A stretch of DNA of 63,221 bases, counting the filler, from Phoronis australis (lineage: Eukaryota; Animalia; Phoronida): the NCBI GenBank assembly GCA_002633005.1. It is 3 parts of 3 records of this genome, joined end to end, with 100 filler letters (N's around TTAATTAATTAA, not from the genome) between each part and the next. Parts side by side here need not be neighbours in the genome. Positions count along the whole stretch, not along the records: positions 1 to 29,343 come from NMRA01000859.1; positions 29,444 to 54,639 come from NMRA01000063.1; 1 more part is not named here. One strand, written 5' to 3'. Under the pieces are notes generated by a model. That model had not been told where the DNA came from. It made no database searches and saw nothing but the letters and a program-made list of their open reading frames with translations. The position numbers and the translations under genes are program-made. Shown here piece by piece: positions 26,217 to 37,871 of this stretch. Numbering within the stretch: position 1 is the stretch's first letter; each line of letters begins with the position of its first letter.

Positions 26217-26292
26217 CACATAACCGCCAACAGGGCGATAACACAAGTGAGAAGACAGGCTGCGGGCAGGCTGAGTGAGTAGACCCACCAGT

Positions 26293-26750
26293 GTATGTAT
26301 GTATTTATTTATTATAGTGACATAAGGGTACCAGTAAATACAATATCAAAGACAGATTATTCACCACACCCCCCAGCCTCAATGGGCTTACTCAGTCACC
26401 TAATAATAATTAAATCATTACATAACAAATTGCACAAGCTCAAATATGACCACTTCAGACTTGTTTATAAACAAACAATTACTTCTAACCTGCAAAGCGT
26501 CTTGAATGAATTTCGCTAGACCTTTAAAGTTATTTTGGAATATTTGAGGTAGGGCAGAACGCCGTAAAAAATATGGTCGAATGTGAGTATATTTTTCACA
26601 ATAATTACATAACAAATTGCACAAGCTCAAATATGACCACTTCAGACTAGTTTATAAACAAACAATTACTTCTAACCTGGAAAGCGTCTTGAATGAATTT
26701 CGCTAGACCTTTCAAGTTATTTTGGAATATTTGAGGTAGGGCAGAACGCT
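26293..26750 (-). mobile_element. LINE 3' end with an internal ~145-bp tandem duplication
   Basis: Minus strand CEKYTHIR...GLAKFIQDALQVRSNCLF resembles an ORF2 C-terminus; the tail is AATAAATAAATACATACATAC. 26417-26561 is repeated at 26605-26749. Confidence 0.6.
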
Positions 26751-27052
26751 GGCTTTCGGGTCACTGCATAACGTTACTAGGTCCAAAGGAACAAGTAGAA
26801 TTTGGCAGAGGATTTGATCTATTGTTACTAGAGGAAGGTAAAAAGAAGCGAAATATAAGCTGTAAGACCTTTTACGGTTTGCTAACCATGTCAAGGAATT
26901 TGATTTGGTTAGGACTAACCCGTCCTTTTGTACATGTCCGTTCTACCAATCGATTGCCTTCAGCTCTCTTAAAGAACTGACTATTGGCTAAGGTACATGT
27001 AATTGGAAGAAACTGTCAACAAGTAAATGAGTGAATTGAAGATTCAGCTTAA

Positions 27053-27691
27053 AGGAGAATGTCGCCCGATTTAATTAGTCATTTTTGCCGTCTTAATCGG
27101 TCAATATCCACATCGCCTCGCATACGGTCGGCCTTACCTTGCCAAGAGGTGTCGCGTTAACCTGTGAGTAAGGTGAGAAACGACGCTAGCGACGTCAGTG
27201 GTTCATATGCACAGTGAATGCCGCTGTGTTGCGGTGCATCGTTCCCGCTTGTACGAACTAAGCAGCTGCGAGGAAAGCGGGTATATCGTTTTTTTACTTC
27301 CTCGAGAGTCCGAAATACTTAGGAAGTGGCTCATGGTAGTGAAGAATGAAATATACGCTGAAAATAGCAAACATGAGGCCGTGAAACATCTCCGTGTCTG
27401 TGGCCTGCAGACGTCGATAGTGCCTGACGAATGCCGGCTTACAAAATAACTCCATACGTTCCGTTGTCTGAGCTTGTTCACGGCGCCTCTCTATTATTTC
27501 TTCATCACTGTATTCCTGTTCGAATTGATAGTCTGTAAAACTTAACGATCCACCTGCGAAGTCGGTACTGATGAGCTCTAGCTCGTCCTAAGTCGGGATT
27601 GCGAGTTGCCATGTTGGCGTTTATTACTGAGCGTTCTGTTTAAAAATGAATTATTCTCACCCTAACCAATACTTATATAAAACTGAAACAA
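27053..27691 (+). mobile_element. Kolobok-like non-autonomous element, copy 1 (right boundary uncertain)
   Basis: TTAA|AGGAGAATG terminus and THAP remnant IVFLLPRESEILRKWLMVVK...HLRVCGL. Colinear inverted copy at 50078-50735. Confidence 0.65.
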
Positions 27692-28167
27692 ATTCTTTCT
27701 CATTAGATGCAATTTGTAATGCCTTTGGAGTGTTCGTGAGTGCAAATGATTTGAGAAGTCAGCAATGAATAAATCACTGCATTACCGGCTTTAGGTGCAA
27801 TAAAACTAATTGACGAGACACCTAGGCCGTGTGAGCTCATGCTAATTTAGTGTTTGCTGGCAAAAACTGTTGTGAAACAACTCGATTTCCATCCCACGGC
27901 CAGGTGTAAGGGGAATCTTTAATTGCATTTACATTACTCAAATAATTATTGTCAATGTACAACTTCTGCTCTGACGGTGCTGTGGCAAATCGGAACCTGA
28001 ATAGTAAGTAGATTTGCAGTTTCGTGGCTAATTCACCAAGATAATCAGGTGCACATTACTTTGGCTCACTAGTATAGTATTTTCTTGACTGGAAGTTTAG
28101 TTTCCAATGAGCTTTGGATGGTTTATGTTCGTGATGTCGAATCAGTTTCCGAGCGACTGGCGGGGAN

Positions 28168-29343
28168 TCCCCTGTCGGAAACCATTTTGTTCTTCATTCA
28201 GTCTGTGTTCGACATTCAGAAACTCGGTTAATCTCTTGTTTAGTGCATTACAATACACTTTGCTCACGGTGACGGTAAATTCAAATCTCAATCTGACCCT
28301 TTCGGTATAGGGGTGATAATCGCTTTATACCATAATGATGGGGTAAATCCAGTGTCAAAGACCTTCTGAAAGAGCGAGAACAAAATATTAACCATCTCTG
28401 GAGATCTCAGCACTTCGTATGGGATACCGTCTATACCAGTGGTCTTACGTGATTTTAATTTGCGAATAACAGAATAGACTTCAAAAAACGAAAAACTTTT
28501 TTCCAATACTTCTTTTACATGACCCGAAAGTTCAGAATATTGCATTGCTTTCTCCAAATCATCTATGTTTTGACTTTCAGCCATTGGAATTTTCGCAAAC
28601 AAATCTCTGAAATTGGCCTCCCATCTTTCTGAAGGAATAGTATTTTCATGTCTCTTCTTGAGCTGAGGTCCCAAGTTCTTGAGTTCCTTCCAAAAAAAAT
28701 TGGGGTCATTTTCACATGATTCTTCAATAAGTGTTAATTAATTTTTCAAATACTGCCTTTTTAAACACCTGAATCTTTTGTCAAAGTAATATCTAGAGTT
28801 CTTGTATTCATACAGTCGCTCCCTTCGACGTTTATTATTTTTTTCTTTGAGAAATACTTTTTCTTTTTTGGCCACATTTTTCCAAAGCTGCGTTAATTCA
28901 TCATTCCAAAAGGGCTTGTTTGCCTTAAATCTTTTTTTCAGATTTTTATTACAACTTTGAGAACATTTTAAATACAATTCCATTTCTGTTTTTATAATTT
29001 CGCAGAGGGAGTTATAGATCTCATCGACTTCATATTGTCTTCGACACTCATTTTCTAATATCAAAAGCAACTCTCCAATCGCCCTTTTAAAAATCTCATT
29101 GTCCATGAATTCACTAGGGATATAATTTAATTTAAACCGCTTTCTAAATCGCATATCAAAGGAGTAATCCGTACCGTGATCCTCTACAGTTTCGTCACTG
29201 GTATTCACTGGAACGTGTAGCATAATTTCTAATAACAATACACTGTGATCAGGCAGTTTTGACTTTTCCGACAACAAACCCTGTAAATGATGTTTGTCAA
29301 TTACCTCTGTACAAGCATGGACCTCAAATTTAAGACAAGACTG
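28168..29343 (-). mobile_element. LINE ORF2 fragment (end of AP endonuclease, linker, start of RT)
   Basis: LPDHSVL (APE end), KPFWNDELTQLW, TGIDGIPYEVL, WYKAIITPIPKG, VSKVYCNALNKRL...EEQNGFRQG. Bounded by an n and the linker gap. Confidence 0.88.
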
Positions 29344-29443
29344 NNNNNNNNNNNNNNNNNNNNNNNNNNNNNNNNNNNNNNNNNNNNTTAATTAATTAAN
29401 NNNNNNNNNNNNNNNNNNNNNNNNNNNNNNNNNNNNNNNNNNN
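29344..29443. other. Artificial scaffold linker N44-TTAATTAATTAA-N44
   Basis: Exactly 100 nt with a six-frame stop 12-mer in the centre; identical construct at 54640-54739. Confidence 0.95.
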
Positions 29444-29479
29444 TGAAAAACAGCACAAAGCAAAAGTAGAATAGAACAG

Positions 29480-29668
29480 ATTCGCACGGTGAAGTCAACG
29501 CAAAACCAAGTGGCGGGAAACGCTTGCCTCCTAAAACGTCACTTCCGCAGTAGCGGACGAGTAATTAATAAAATTACGAAAAGCTGTAATTAAGTGGAAA
29601 ATATGTCTAGGATAACCAACCAACCTTATTTTAGCTCAAAATGACCTGGAAAAAGGTTGCCTTCGCCT
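29480..29668. mobile_element. Single end of the TTAA-targeting element family seen complete at 31239-32137
   Basis: Ends GGTTGCCTTCGCCT|TTAA and aligns with the right arm of the foldback element for ~170 nt. Confidence 0.7.
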
Positions 29669-29803
29669 TTAACTTGTACTGTGGCACTGATTATTAAATT
29701 TCTGTGGTTCTAAGGACTACAGACTACTTAACATATTTAATCAGTTCACTTCTATTGTTCATATGCAACAAGGTAGCCATACACTGTCCATCATCATAAC
29801 CAT

Positions 29804-30403
29804 CCTTCTGTTTCCCTGTGTGTCCGCTAGGGGGTAGAGAACATGCAGGTATCATTCAGTAGCACACGTTTTATCACTGGTTGATGTAACCTTAGTGGTC
29901 AATGGTTAGCTTTACAACAAAGAAAGAAAATGGAGGACCGTTAACAATTTTTAGCTATGTCATGCAGGCAAATGGCGTGATGGCAAATATTTTGTTTCTG
30001 CAGTAATGTTTAAAAGCCACGTGCTTGAAGTACATTAAATTTGCACTCACATCTGGCCGATTTAACTGGTGTGTTATTTATACTGTGTGAATACAGGACA
30101 GCAACGTGAAGAAAAGTCAGCAACAGTAGAAAAATGCAGTCCGAAAAGGCACAATCACATCTTTCTGATTCACATTTCCCAATCATGAATTAAGCACCGA
30201 TTTGTCTGTACAGCAGACCACAAAGTATATCGGATCCACATTCACACTTCCTCCATCAGTCATGCCAGTTTGTTTACGTAAAGCGCCAACTCTTGAGAAT
30301 TCGACCAGCCAATCAGAAATGCTGGTGTAAAAATTTCCCGAGGGAAATTAAATGATACCTGCATGTTCTCTACCCCCTAGCGGACACGGAGGGAACCAAC
30401 GAG
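29804..30403. mobile_element. Mutator-like MITE with ~55-bp TIRs and a 9-bp TSD
   Basis: GTGTCCGCTAGGGGGTAGAGAACATGCAGGTATCATT is inverted at ~30351-30387. Flanks CATAACCAT / CATAACCAC (8 of 9 match). Confidence 0.7.
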
Positions 30404-30481
30404 CATAACCACCCCCTTCATATTTGCTATCATTGTCACTGACCTTATTGCCAGTAACTTTCTGATTGTTATGCATTTCAG

Positions 30482-30579
30482 CGACGATGCCAATAAACAA
30501 GGCCAGACTTGACATCCAGAACAATGTTGACTTTGGTGTTCTTGTGTATGTCCAATACAGTAACGCCACCTGCTGGCAG
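30482..30579 (+). CDS. HGSNAT: HGSNAT (heparan-alpha-glucosaminide N-acetyltransferase) luminal-domain exon
   Basis: catttcag|CG. Reads TMPINKARLDIQNNVDFGVLVYVQYSNATCWQ, donor |gtacag. Aligns to MDQALLLIHN...VYW..ECCYH; phases chain with all downstream exons. Confidence 0.75.
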
Positions 30580-31238
30580 GTACAGTAAACAGTATCGGAT
30601 TCATTGGAAGGAGGCATTTCATATTTGATTTTAATTTTATATAGTTTTTTTAAATTTGCAAGGTGTCCCAAAATGTTTACAAAATTTGAGTTTTACTAGG
30701 AACTAAATAAATCTTATTTTTTATTTCCTTATATTCCAATGTCATGCAGTCCTAAAAGACATCCCTCAGAAAATTTAGGCCCATTTGACTCATTACATAG
30801 ATTAAAGAAAGTAGTAGTTGTTGGGGGATGCAATAGTGGGGGGTTTAGTGGTTGTGGGGATATAGTGGTGGGGGGTTGTAGTAGTTGAGTGAGAAGCATG
30901 GCAATGCTGTGCACAGTCTGCAAAATTAATGTTCATTACTGGTTAGGATCAGCTGTGCACAGTCTGCGAATGTTCATTACTGGTTACGGTCAACTGTGTC
31001 TTTGCAAAACGAACCTTTGAGTTTTCTGCAATGCAAAAACACATTAGTTAACATTAAAACCATTTTCTGCTATTCATATGTCTTAGATGTTGAAGTAATC
31101 CCCATCTGTTTTACCATCGGAAGTTGGCTAAAACAGGGCTCAAGATAAAGTAATTTCTTTTTATTTACCCTTGGAAGCCGGCTAACACAACTTTGGAGTC
31201 GTTTCAAAGTCAATAGTCGATGAAATACCCTTTCTTAA

Positions 31239-32137
31239 AGGCGAAGGCAACCTTTTTTCATGTCATTTTTAGCAAAAATAAGGTTCGTTGGTTATCCCAG
31301 ACATATTTTCAACTTAATTACAGCTTTTCATAATTTGATTAAATATTCGTTCTCTACTACGGAAGTGACGGTTTGGGAGGCAAGCATTTCGCGCCAATTT
31401 CTTTTCATATAGTCTGACTATGAGAGCTGTCGAGTCAGTCATTGATCTGCCTCGGTTGTGATAAGTTCGGTCGTCGTTTGCTTTTGTTTACGAGTCAGTC
31501 AACATGCCACACTGTTGCTGCATACCGGGATGTACTCATTATGGCCCTAAGCCTGTAAGCAGCCCTGCTGCAATGTTGAGAAAAGGGAGTGAATACAGGT
31601 CCAGTCAGCGAAGAGTACAGTTCGTCGTTCAATTGACAGATCGCTGAGCCAAACTTTGATAAGTTTATAATGGACTTGTATAAAATATTAGAGCTATTTA
31701 GAAGGTGCCACGTGGCTGGCGAGGGAGTCACACGGCGGGATGTAAGCAGTTTGTGTGCTCAGGTCACTATCCGGTGGGAGTGTGTCGCGGTACACTCGGC
31801 CGGGCAAATGGGACACTTGTTCCTCTATCCGTGAGACGATAATGAGTACATCCCGGTACGCAGCAACAGTGTGGCATATTGACTGACTCGTAAACAATAG
31901 CAAACGACGGCCGAACTTATCACAACCGAGATAGAACAATGACTGACTCGGCAGCTCTCAGTCAGATTATATGAAAAGAATTTGGCGCGAAATGCTTGCC
32001 TCCCAAAACGTCACTTCAGTAGAGAACGATTAATAAATTAAATTACGTAAAGCTGTAATTAAGTGGAAAATGTGTCTGGGATAACCAATGGATCTTATTT
32101 TTGCTAAAAAAGACATGAAAAAGGGTTGCCTTCGCCT
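31239..32137. mobile_element. Foldback-type element (Kolobok-like termini) with ~300-bp inverted arms
   Basis: TTAA|AGGCGAAGGCAACC ... GGTTGCCTTCGCCT|TTAA. Arms 31239-~31542 and ~31839-32137 are reverse complements with scattered mismatches. Confidence 0.88.
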
Positions 32138-32338
32138 TTAATGTAGCTATTTCTACAAGGAACCAACTGCGACTAAGTAATAAGTGCAAGTGGTCCTGTT
32201 CAACATTTGGTGATTTGGTGGTAAAAACTTGTTGCGTAAGTAACCTTTCAATCTTACAGACTTATGACAGGTACAAATACTTTAGATCAGAAAAATCTAT
32301 AAATTTATATCATAGTGTTCATCTTATGTTGTTTGCAG

Positions 32339-32460
32339 TGCCCAGAGCAGCTACTTGGTGATGTACAAGGGCAGTCTAACCTAACTATATTGATAGACTC
32401 TAGGCGGGACTCTTTTATAAAAATCTATCATAACAACTCAATGAAGCAAGTCTGTGCAAG
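32339..32460 (+). CDS. HGSNAT: HGSNAT luminal-domain exon
   Basis: gtttgcag|TGC. Reads CPEQLLGDVQGQSNLTILIDSRRDSFIKIYHNNSMKQVCA(S), donor AG|gtaata; phase 0 to 2. Confidence 0.75.
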
Positions 32461-33380
32461 GTAATACATGGTGTTTCAGTCTGTGAAAGGTAATACATGG
32501 TGTTTCAGTGTGTTTCAGTCTGTTCAAAGTAATACATAGTATTTTTGAATTTTGTCAAGCGGTGGTCTGACAGCAAGTTTCTAATTGCTTGTTTTGAGTG
32601 CAAAAAACAAGTAATGTTGTAATCTTTTAAAAAGCAAAGGTAAACTTGAGTCCTGTTGATACAATTGTGCTGTTTAGGCCCTAATGTATATTATTTACCC
32701 CAGAATGTTTATTTACTTCAATATGTACTTATGTCATGAAAACACATGTATGTCCATGTATAGTTACGTAAAGTTACATTTGGATGTATATTTAAGATAC
32801 TTTCAAATTCATTTAAAGTTATCTAGAACCTTAATAAGCAACCCCAACTCTAAATAAAATATCTAAAAACTATATTTTGTCAACCATTAAAAGAATATTA
32901 AATTTTGAAAGGAGAAAGATCAAATATTCTAAAAGTATGCTATTGTGTCTGTAGTATGTATTGTTACTTGACCACGCTTTTTAAGTCAAATTTATTTTCA
33001 GGTGCAAGAAAGGTACATTTGTAGCAAAGTAACCCCCCCCCGCCAATTTTGATAAAACTTTTCTATGTTTCAAAACATTGCTAGGAATTTTTTACTATTC
33101 ACTTAACTTGGGTTTACATTTTAAAGCAATATGGCATTTTTGAGACGTAACGTGCAGTTGTAATTTAATCCATTCTAAAGAGAGGCAGTTCTACATGTCG
33201 TTATCATGTGGTAGAGTGAAATATTCCTCTTGCTTGGTAAAGACTAACATAACCCTAGGCATGACTAAAGCTGAGTTTCAAAACGATGATATTTTCATGC
33301 ATGGATTTTATTAGCTTTCTTCAATGTTTCAATTGACATCCAAGATACGTTGTGTTAATATTATAAGTCAACAATTTCAG

Positions 33381-33499
33381 CAATAAAAACCTGACCAGCA
33401 TGAAATACTGTGAGCACAGTACTAGGACTGTATACATCAATGATCATCAGACGTGTGTGGTGATTGATGATGATGGAGACCCACTAGGTGGCTTGTTGC
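33381..33499 (+). CDS. HGSNAT: HGSNAT luminal-domain exon
   Basis: atttcag|C. Reads NKNLTSMKYCEHSTRTVYINDHQTCVVIDDDGDPLGGLL(P), donor C|gtaagt; phase 2 to 1. Confidence 0.75.
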
Positions 33500-34185
33500 G
33501 TAAGTAGCCCTGGCTAAATACCACACCTTACAAAGCAAGCTTATATGTCCATGTATATCACCTGTTTGTATTAACTTCTAACTTTCAGTTTTCAAACTTA
33601 GTTTTCAATGCAAAGAAAAGCGCTGCGTTTTGGAAATGAAAACGACATTGTATTGACTGGGATGATGCTGCACTTACAAAATTTTATAGTCATGAGTAAA
33701 AGCTTTCTCGTCTTGTCTTCAAACGTGGTTGCATTGTCTATTAACTTCAATTTTGAGTTAACATTTACTTTCAACCTTCCAATTAGTCGTGTTACACAAC
33801 GCAATTGAGCTCGTCTTATAGTGACACATTAGTTTTGCTTTGTGCAGAGACAATATTATATTAGCAGCTGACCACCATCATATTGAGTCGGTTGATGGCT
33901 GGTTGGAGGTCAGCTTATCCATCGGCAGTGTGGTTGGCAAAAAGTTAGCCAATTGGTTGGCAAAATAGTCAACTGATCAATGACCAGTTATCAAATCATT
34001 GCTAACAGGTTGGACAAAAATTTGGGATCAGTGCTATACCAATAAAAATCAGTTACTGCTGGTAAATTTAAACTTCCTCAAACATTGCAAAGAAAGCTAA
34101 TCAACAGGCTTCACCATGAATCAAAACAATCATAATGGTTGTGTACAATGGTGATGCATGGGCTTCAGTTTGAAATTCAGATATA

Positions 34186-34402
34186 GGGTGTACCAATATG
34201 GGCAGACCAAGGATATACCAATGTAATACAGACCTAGGATTTATCAACATGGACAGACCTAGGATGTACCAACATGGGCAGACCTAGGATGTACCAATAT
34301 GGACAGACCTAGGATGTACCAATATGGACAGACCTAGGATGTACCAATATGGGCAGACCTAGGACGTACCAATATGGACAGACCTAGGATGTACCAATAT
34401 GG
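34186..34402. repeat. 25-bp minisatellite (GGACAGACCTAGGATGTACCAATAT)n, about 8 copies
   Basis: Directly visible tandem array in an HGSNAT intron. Confidence 0.9.
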
Positions 34403-34667
34403 TCTTGACAGAATTTGGTTTTCAAATCACAAAATATTTTACATTGCTTGCTAATATTCCTAAACTGAGTGTTGTCAAACTATTTAATACCTTGTTCATC
34501 GTCTTGACATTTGTATCATGGAAAGTTTCTTTCACATGTATGTGTCACAAGCTACCAATGAAGTGACTTAAAGTATTTGTTTTCATCTGAGGTAACAATT
34601 TTAGTGCAAGCAAAGTATGTCACTGTGAACACTATGTTGTCTGTATAATAATCTACTTCTGTTTCAG

Positions 34668-34737
34668 CTATTTTGATAGCAGCACTGTGCTTTGCTATGT
34701 TAGCTTGTTTGTGGATTGTACTGAAGTACTGCTATAG
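34668..34737 (+). CDS. HGSNAT: HGSNAT first transmembrane helix exon
   Basis: ctgtttcag|CT. Reads (P)ILIAALCFAMLACLWIVLKYCY(R), donor AG|gtgagt; phase 1 to 2. Confidence 0.82.
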
Positions 34738-35861
34738 GTGAGTGTTTCAAATGACGGTATATCAACATAGATATCTGTCATTCATATTCAACATGGTCAC
34801 ATCATGTCTTCCATATGCTCCTCTGTGGAGCAGGTGACCAAAATGGAATATCCAGTTTAAGCATAAGTTCAGTGCTTGTTTAATAGTTCGTTACGGCATT
34901 CTCCTGCTCAGTGACTTTACCAGACATAGAGCAGTTGTGAGCGTGGGATAACATCTAGCTCCTCTGTCAACTGCCCAGCACAGTCTTTTGTCTGGTATGA
35001 CAACAGGTTGGCCAATTATGTATTAGGCTTATTACAGACCTGGTGTGAACACAATCAAACCTAGTGCCTAGGCACATTCATATAGAATAGATTGTCGTAA
35101 CTTCGGTTGTAGTTGCATGATTTTGGTGATTCAAAAACTAAACATGACCAGCATTTGACAAGGAATTCAGAAAATTGTTATTGCTTTATGTTCAAACCTT
35201 TTACAACTTAACTTTTACTTTTAACAGCACATCCCCATCAGGTTAAATGCAATTTTATCAGAGATTAGAGCAATTATCTAACATAAGAGAGCTGAGCCTC
35301 CAGACATAAATGCCAGAATGGAGTTAATCAGTCATGTAAGATATTGGCAACAGTAGTCATGCGCCCAACTTGTTGTTGTGCTATACAACCAAACAAGTTG
35401 GGTTCAACAGGAGAACGCCGTAATGTAATGCTATTTTTGTTGGTATAGTTTCGGAATTATGCTTTACACATCTTCCTGTTAGAAAACTTTAGGTTATAAT
35501 GGCAATACCAAGCTGTGTTACACTGACTTGGCTCAGGTAAATGCACAACATAGCAAACTCTGGTGGCGCTCTAAACCAAAACAGGAACAGCAAGAAACAA
35601 AACAATCTGCAGTTAGAATCCTGTTAAAAGTCTGCATTTTGCAAAGGAAAACATGCAAGGTTTCCAACATTTTTAGAAAGTTGAAATTTCAATTACAGGA
35701 TAATTTTAAGTTTTTAATCGTGTTTATCTAAAAAACAATGTTACGTATTTTATAAAAGCCCATCAAATCGATGTTTTTGGCTTTTACTGTCGGCATGATT
35801 GATTTTCCCCAGAGCACTATAAGTTTCGATATCTTATAATTCTTGTGTCAGGTTCATCTTA

Positions 35862-36737
35862 GGGCTGTTCCAGCAAAAAATGTATGGGAGGTGGGGAAGG
35901 CACTTTCATTTCTACCTACCGCCCATATTTTTCTTTTATTTCTCCAATCATGACCCACAATTTTTAATTAGGTTAAGATAGAAAATGCAACACTTGTAAA
36001 CGTATTGCCTCAAGGATGACCTGTTAAATACTTAGATGGTTGACAAACAAGAACTAGCTGTCGTGTCCAATATTGCCAAAAACTAAAGTAGCCAAGAGGG
36101 TGGTCGAATCAAAATGAAAATCGATTTCTGTCAGCGCATCCATCCCTGCCATATGTCTTTGTTCCAAATTTCATCCAGTTGTGACCAGCGGTTTTTGAGA
36201 TAATCAACCTGTCTTGTCAAAAACTAAAATGGCCTACAGGGGGTGCTGCAGTAGACAAATTTGTCCAAAAATCGACTGGTGCCAGTGCATACCAGCAATC
36301 TTCCCCCTACAAATGTCATCATGATCTGTTTAGCAGAATACCTCAATACCAAATTTGATCATGATCCGCCTAGCAGTTCTTGAGATAATTGGCAGACAAG
36401 AAATGATAATGACAGACGGACCAATCGATGGCCAGACAAAGGGATGGATGGGATGCCGGCTATATTCGACCACAAAAGTTTTTGTGCGTGCACAAAAATT
36501 CCATGTGAGATCGTAACTCATGTCAGTTACCAGAAACTTGCTTTTCAAAGACACCTGTGAGCAATACTTTAGGCACCCACCAGGTGTCTCTGTCCACCAT
36601 GTGTCTCTGTAATTTCAAGAAGGACCACCCAGAATTTTGAATTTTCTTCAAAAAGACAACCACCCATAAATTTTTATATCAACTGTCGACCTCCCACCTC
36701 CCATACACCTCCCATATGGATTTTGCTGGAACAGCTC
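35862..36737. mobile_element. PIF/Harbinger-type MITE, copy 1, with HINE-like internal sequence
   Basis: TTA|GGGCTGTTCCAGCAAAA ... TTTTGCTGGAACAGCTC|TTA. Related copies at 44915-45732 (inverted) and from 54603. Confidence 0.8.
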
Positions 36738-37362
36738 TTAATAAGTTTATTACTTAGTTTTTCAAAATGTACTAATATCTAATAGAAACATATATTCGGA
36801 TTCAAGCATGGTCACACAGGAATAATACAAATATCAATGTCTATACAAGTCTCAGAAATCCAAGCTATCTGGCTTCACAGTTTTGGAGGCTCCAGAGCTA
36901 CAGTTTGCTTTCACCTCCATGGGCATGACTATAACAGTTGGCTTCAGTGTTCCACTTCTGTCTTGTTGGACCACACAGAGTTTTATGGGCGAGACACAGG
37001 TTCTGTGTCGGACCAGTTTGGCCACTCACACAATATTTCATAGCTGCTCGTATACATTTTCTGAACTAGTGCATGTTACTCCGTATCAAACAAACACGAG
37101 CACTCTGAACACTCTGCTTACATTTACCGGTACGTTTTATACAAAAATACTTTGCATATCAAAAGGGACATAACAAAAGGAATACGATATTCAAGGACGG
37201 CTTCAGCCGACAATTACCGACTTGTGACATGTTGATTCATGCCGATCATGTAGATGGCTGGGTTCTTAGTGCTCAAGTCAACATGATGAAATGTGAATTC
37301 ATGAATTCATTCGGAATATTCGTCTTCAGTTTCACACTCTATATCTTGACATGATTTGTAAA

Positions 37363-37429
37363 GCAGATATCTCACAATGCAGATATCTCACAATGCAGAT
37401 ATCTCACAATGCAGATATCTCACAATGCA
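37363..37429. repeat. 16-bp tandem repeat (GCAGATATCTCACAAT)x4
   Basis: Four perfect copies are visible. Confidence 0.9.
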
Positions 37430-37813
37430 AAGCCGAGTAAGCATATGAATCAGTCCTTAACAAAGCAACTGCAATTGACCATTCACAAAAGGGAAGTCCT
37501 GTATGCAAATTAGTTTATAGACTACTCAGGATACATCTTACTGGTTAGATCTTGCATTCTCCACTATTTAAAGCATGTCACTTACTGTTGTTTTCTGTCT
37601 TGCTTCAAATTTTATGGTTTTAGAGATATTTAATTTTTAAATTTTGCTTTATTATTTGATGAGAAATAAATGCATAAAACTCATAACATTTGAAAAATGG
37701 TATGTAGTGATTTTTAGGCCCTAAAAGTTTGTAGAATGTAACAGTTGGCAGCCCTGCTGAGTTATGTCTTTTGAGATTAAAATGCGTTCTGAAGTAAGTT
37801 GTAATATTTGTAG

Positions 37814-37871
37814 GAATAACCTTATCTACAGAGTACTCTTCTGCATGGAGACAGACAGACTTGTGAATTCG
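37814..37871 (+). CDS. HGSNAT: HGSNAT exon (ETDRLVNS cytosolic loop)
   Basis: tttgtag|G. Reads NNLIYRVLFCMETDRLVNS (vertebrate ETDRLINS), donor |gtaggg; phase 2 to 0. Confidence 0.88.

Noticed and set aside
29388-29399. TTAATTAATTAA as a PacI site, TTAA target or regulatory palindrome
   Set aside because: It is centred in a fixed 100-nt N spacer and repeated identically at 54684-54695, so it is synthetic.
29700-29775. Candidate HGSNAT first exon (…LISSLLLFICNK|gtagcc)
   Set aside because: It ends in phase 0 whereas the next exon needs phase 1, and I found no convincing in-frame ATG.
30820-30880. G-run cluster with G-quadruplex potential
   Set aside because: Low-complexity intronic tract with irregular loops; nothing supports a function.
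34186-34402. Regularly spaced 25-bp repeats resembling a CRISPR array
   Set aside because: Head-to-tail minisatellite without spacers.
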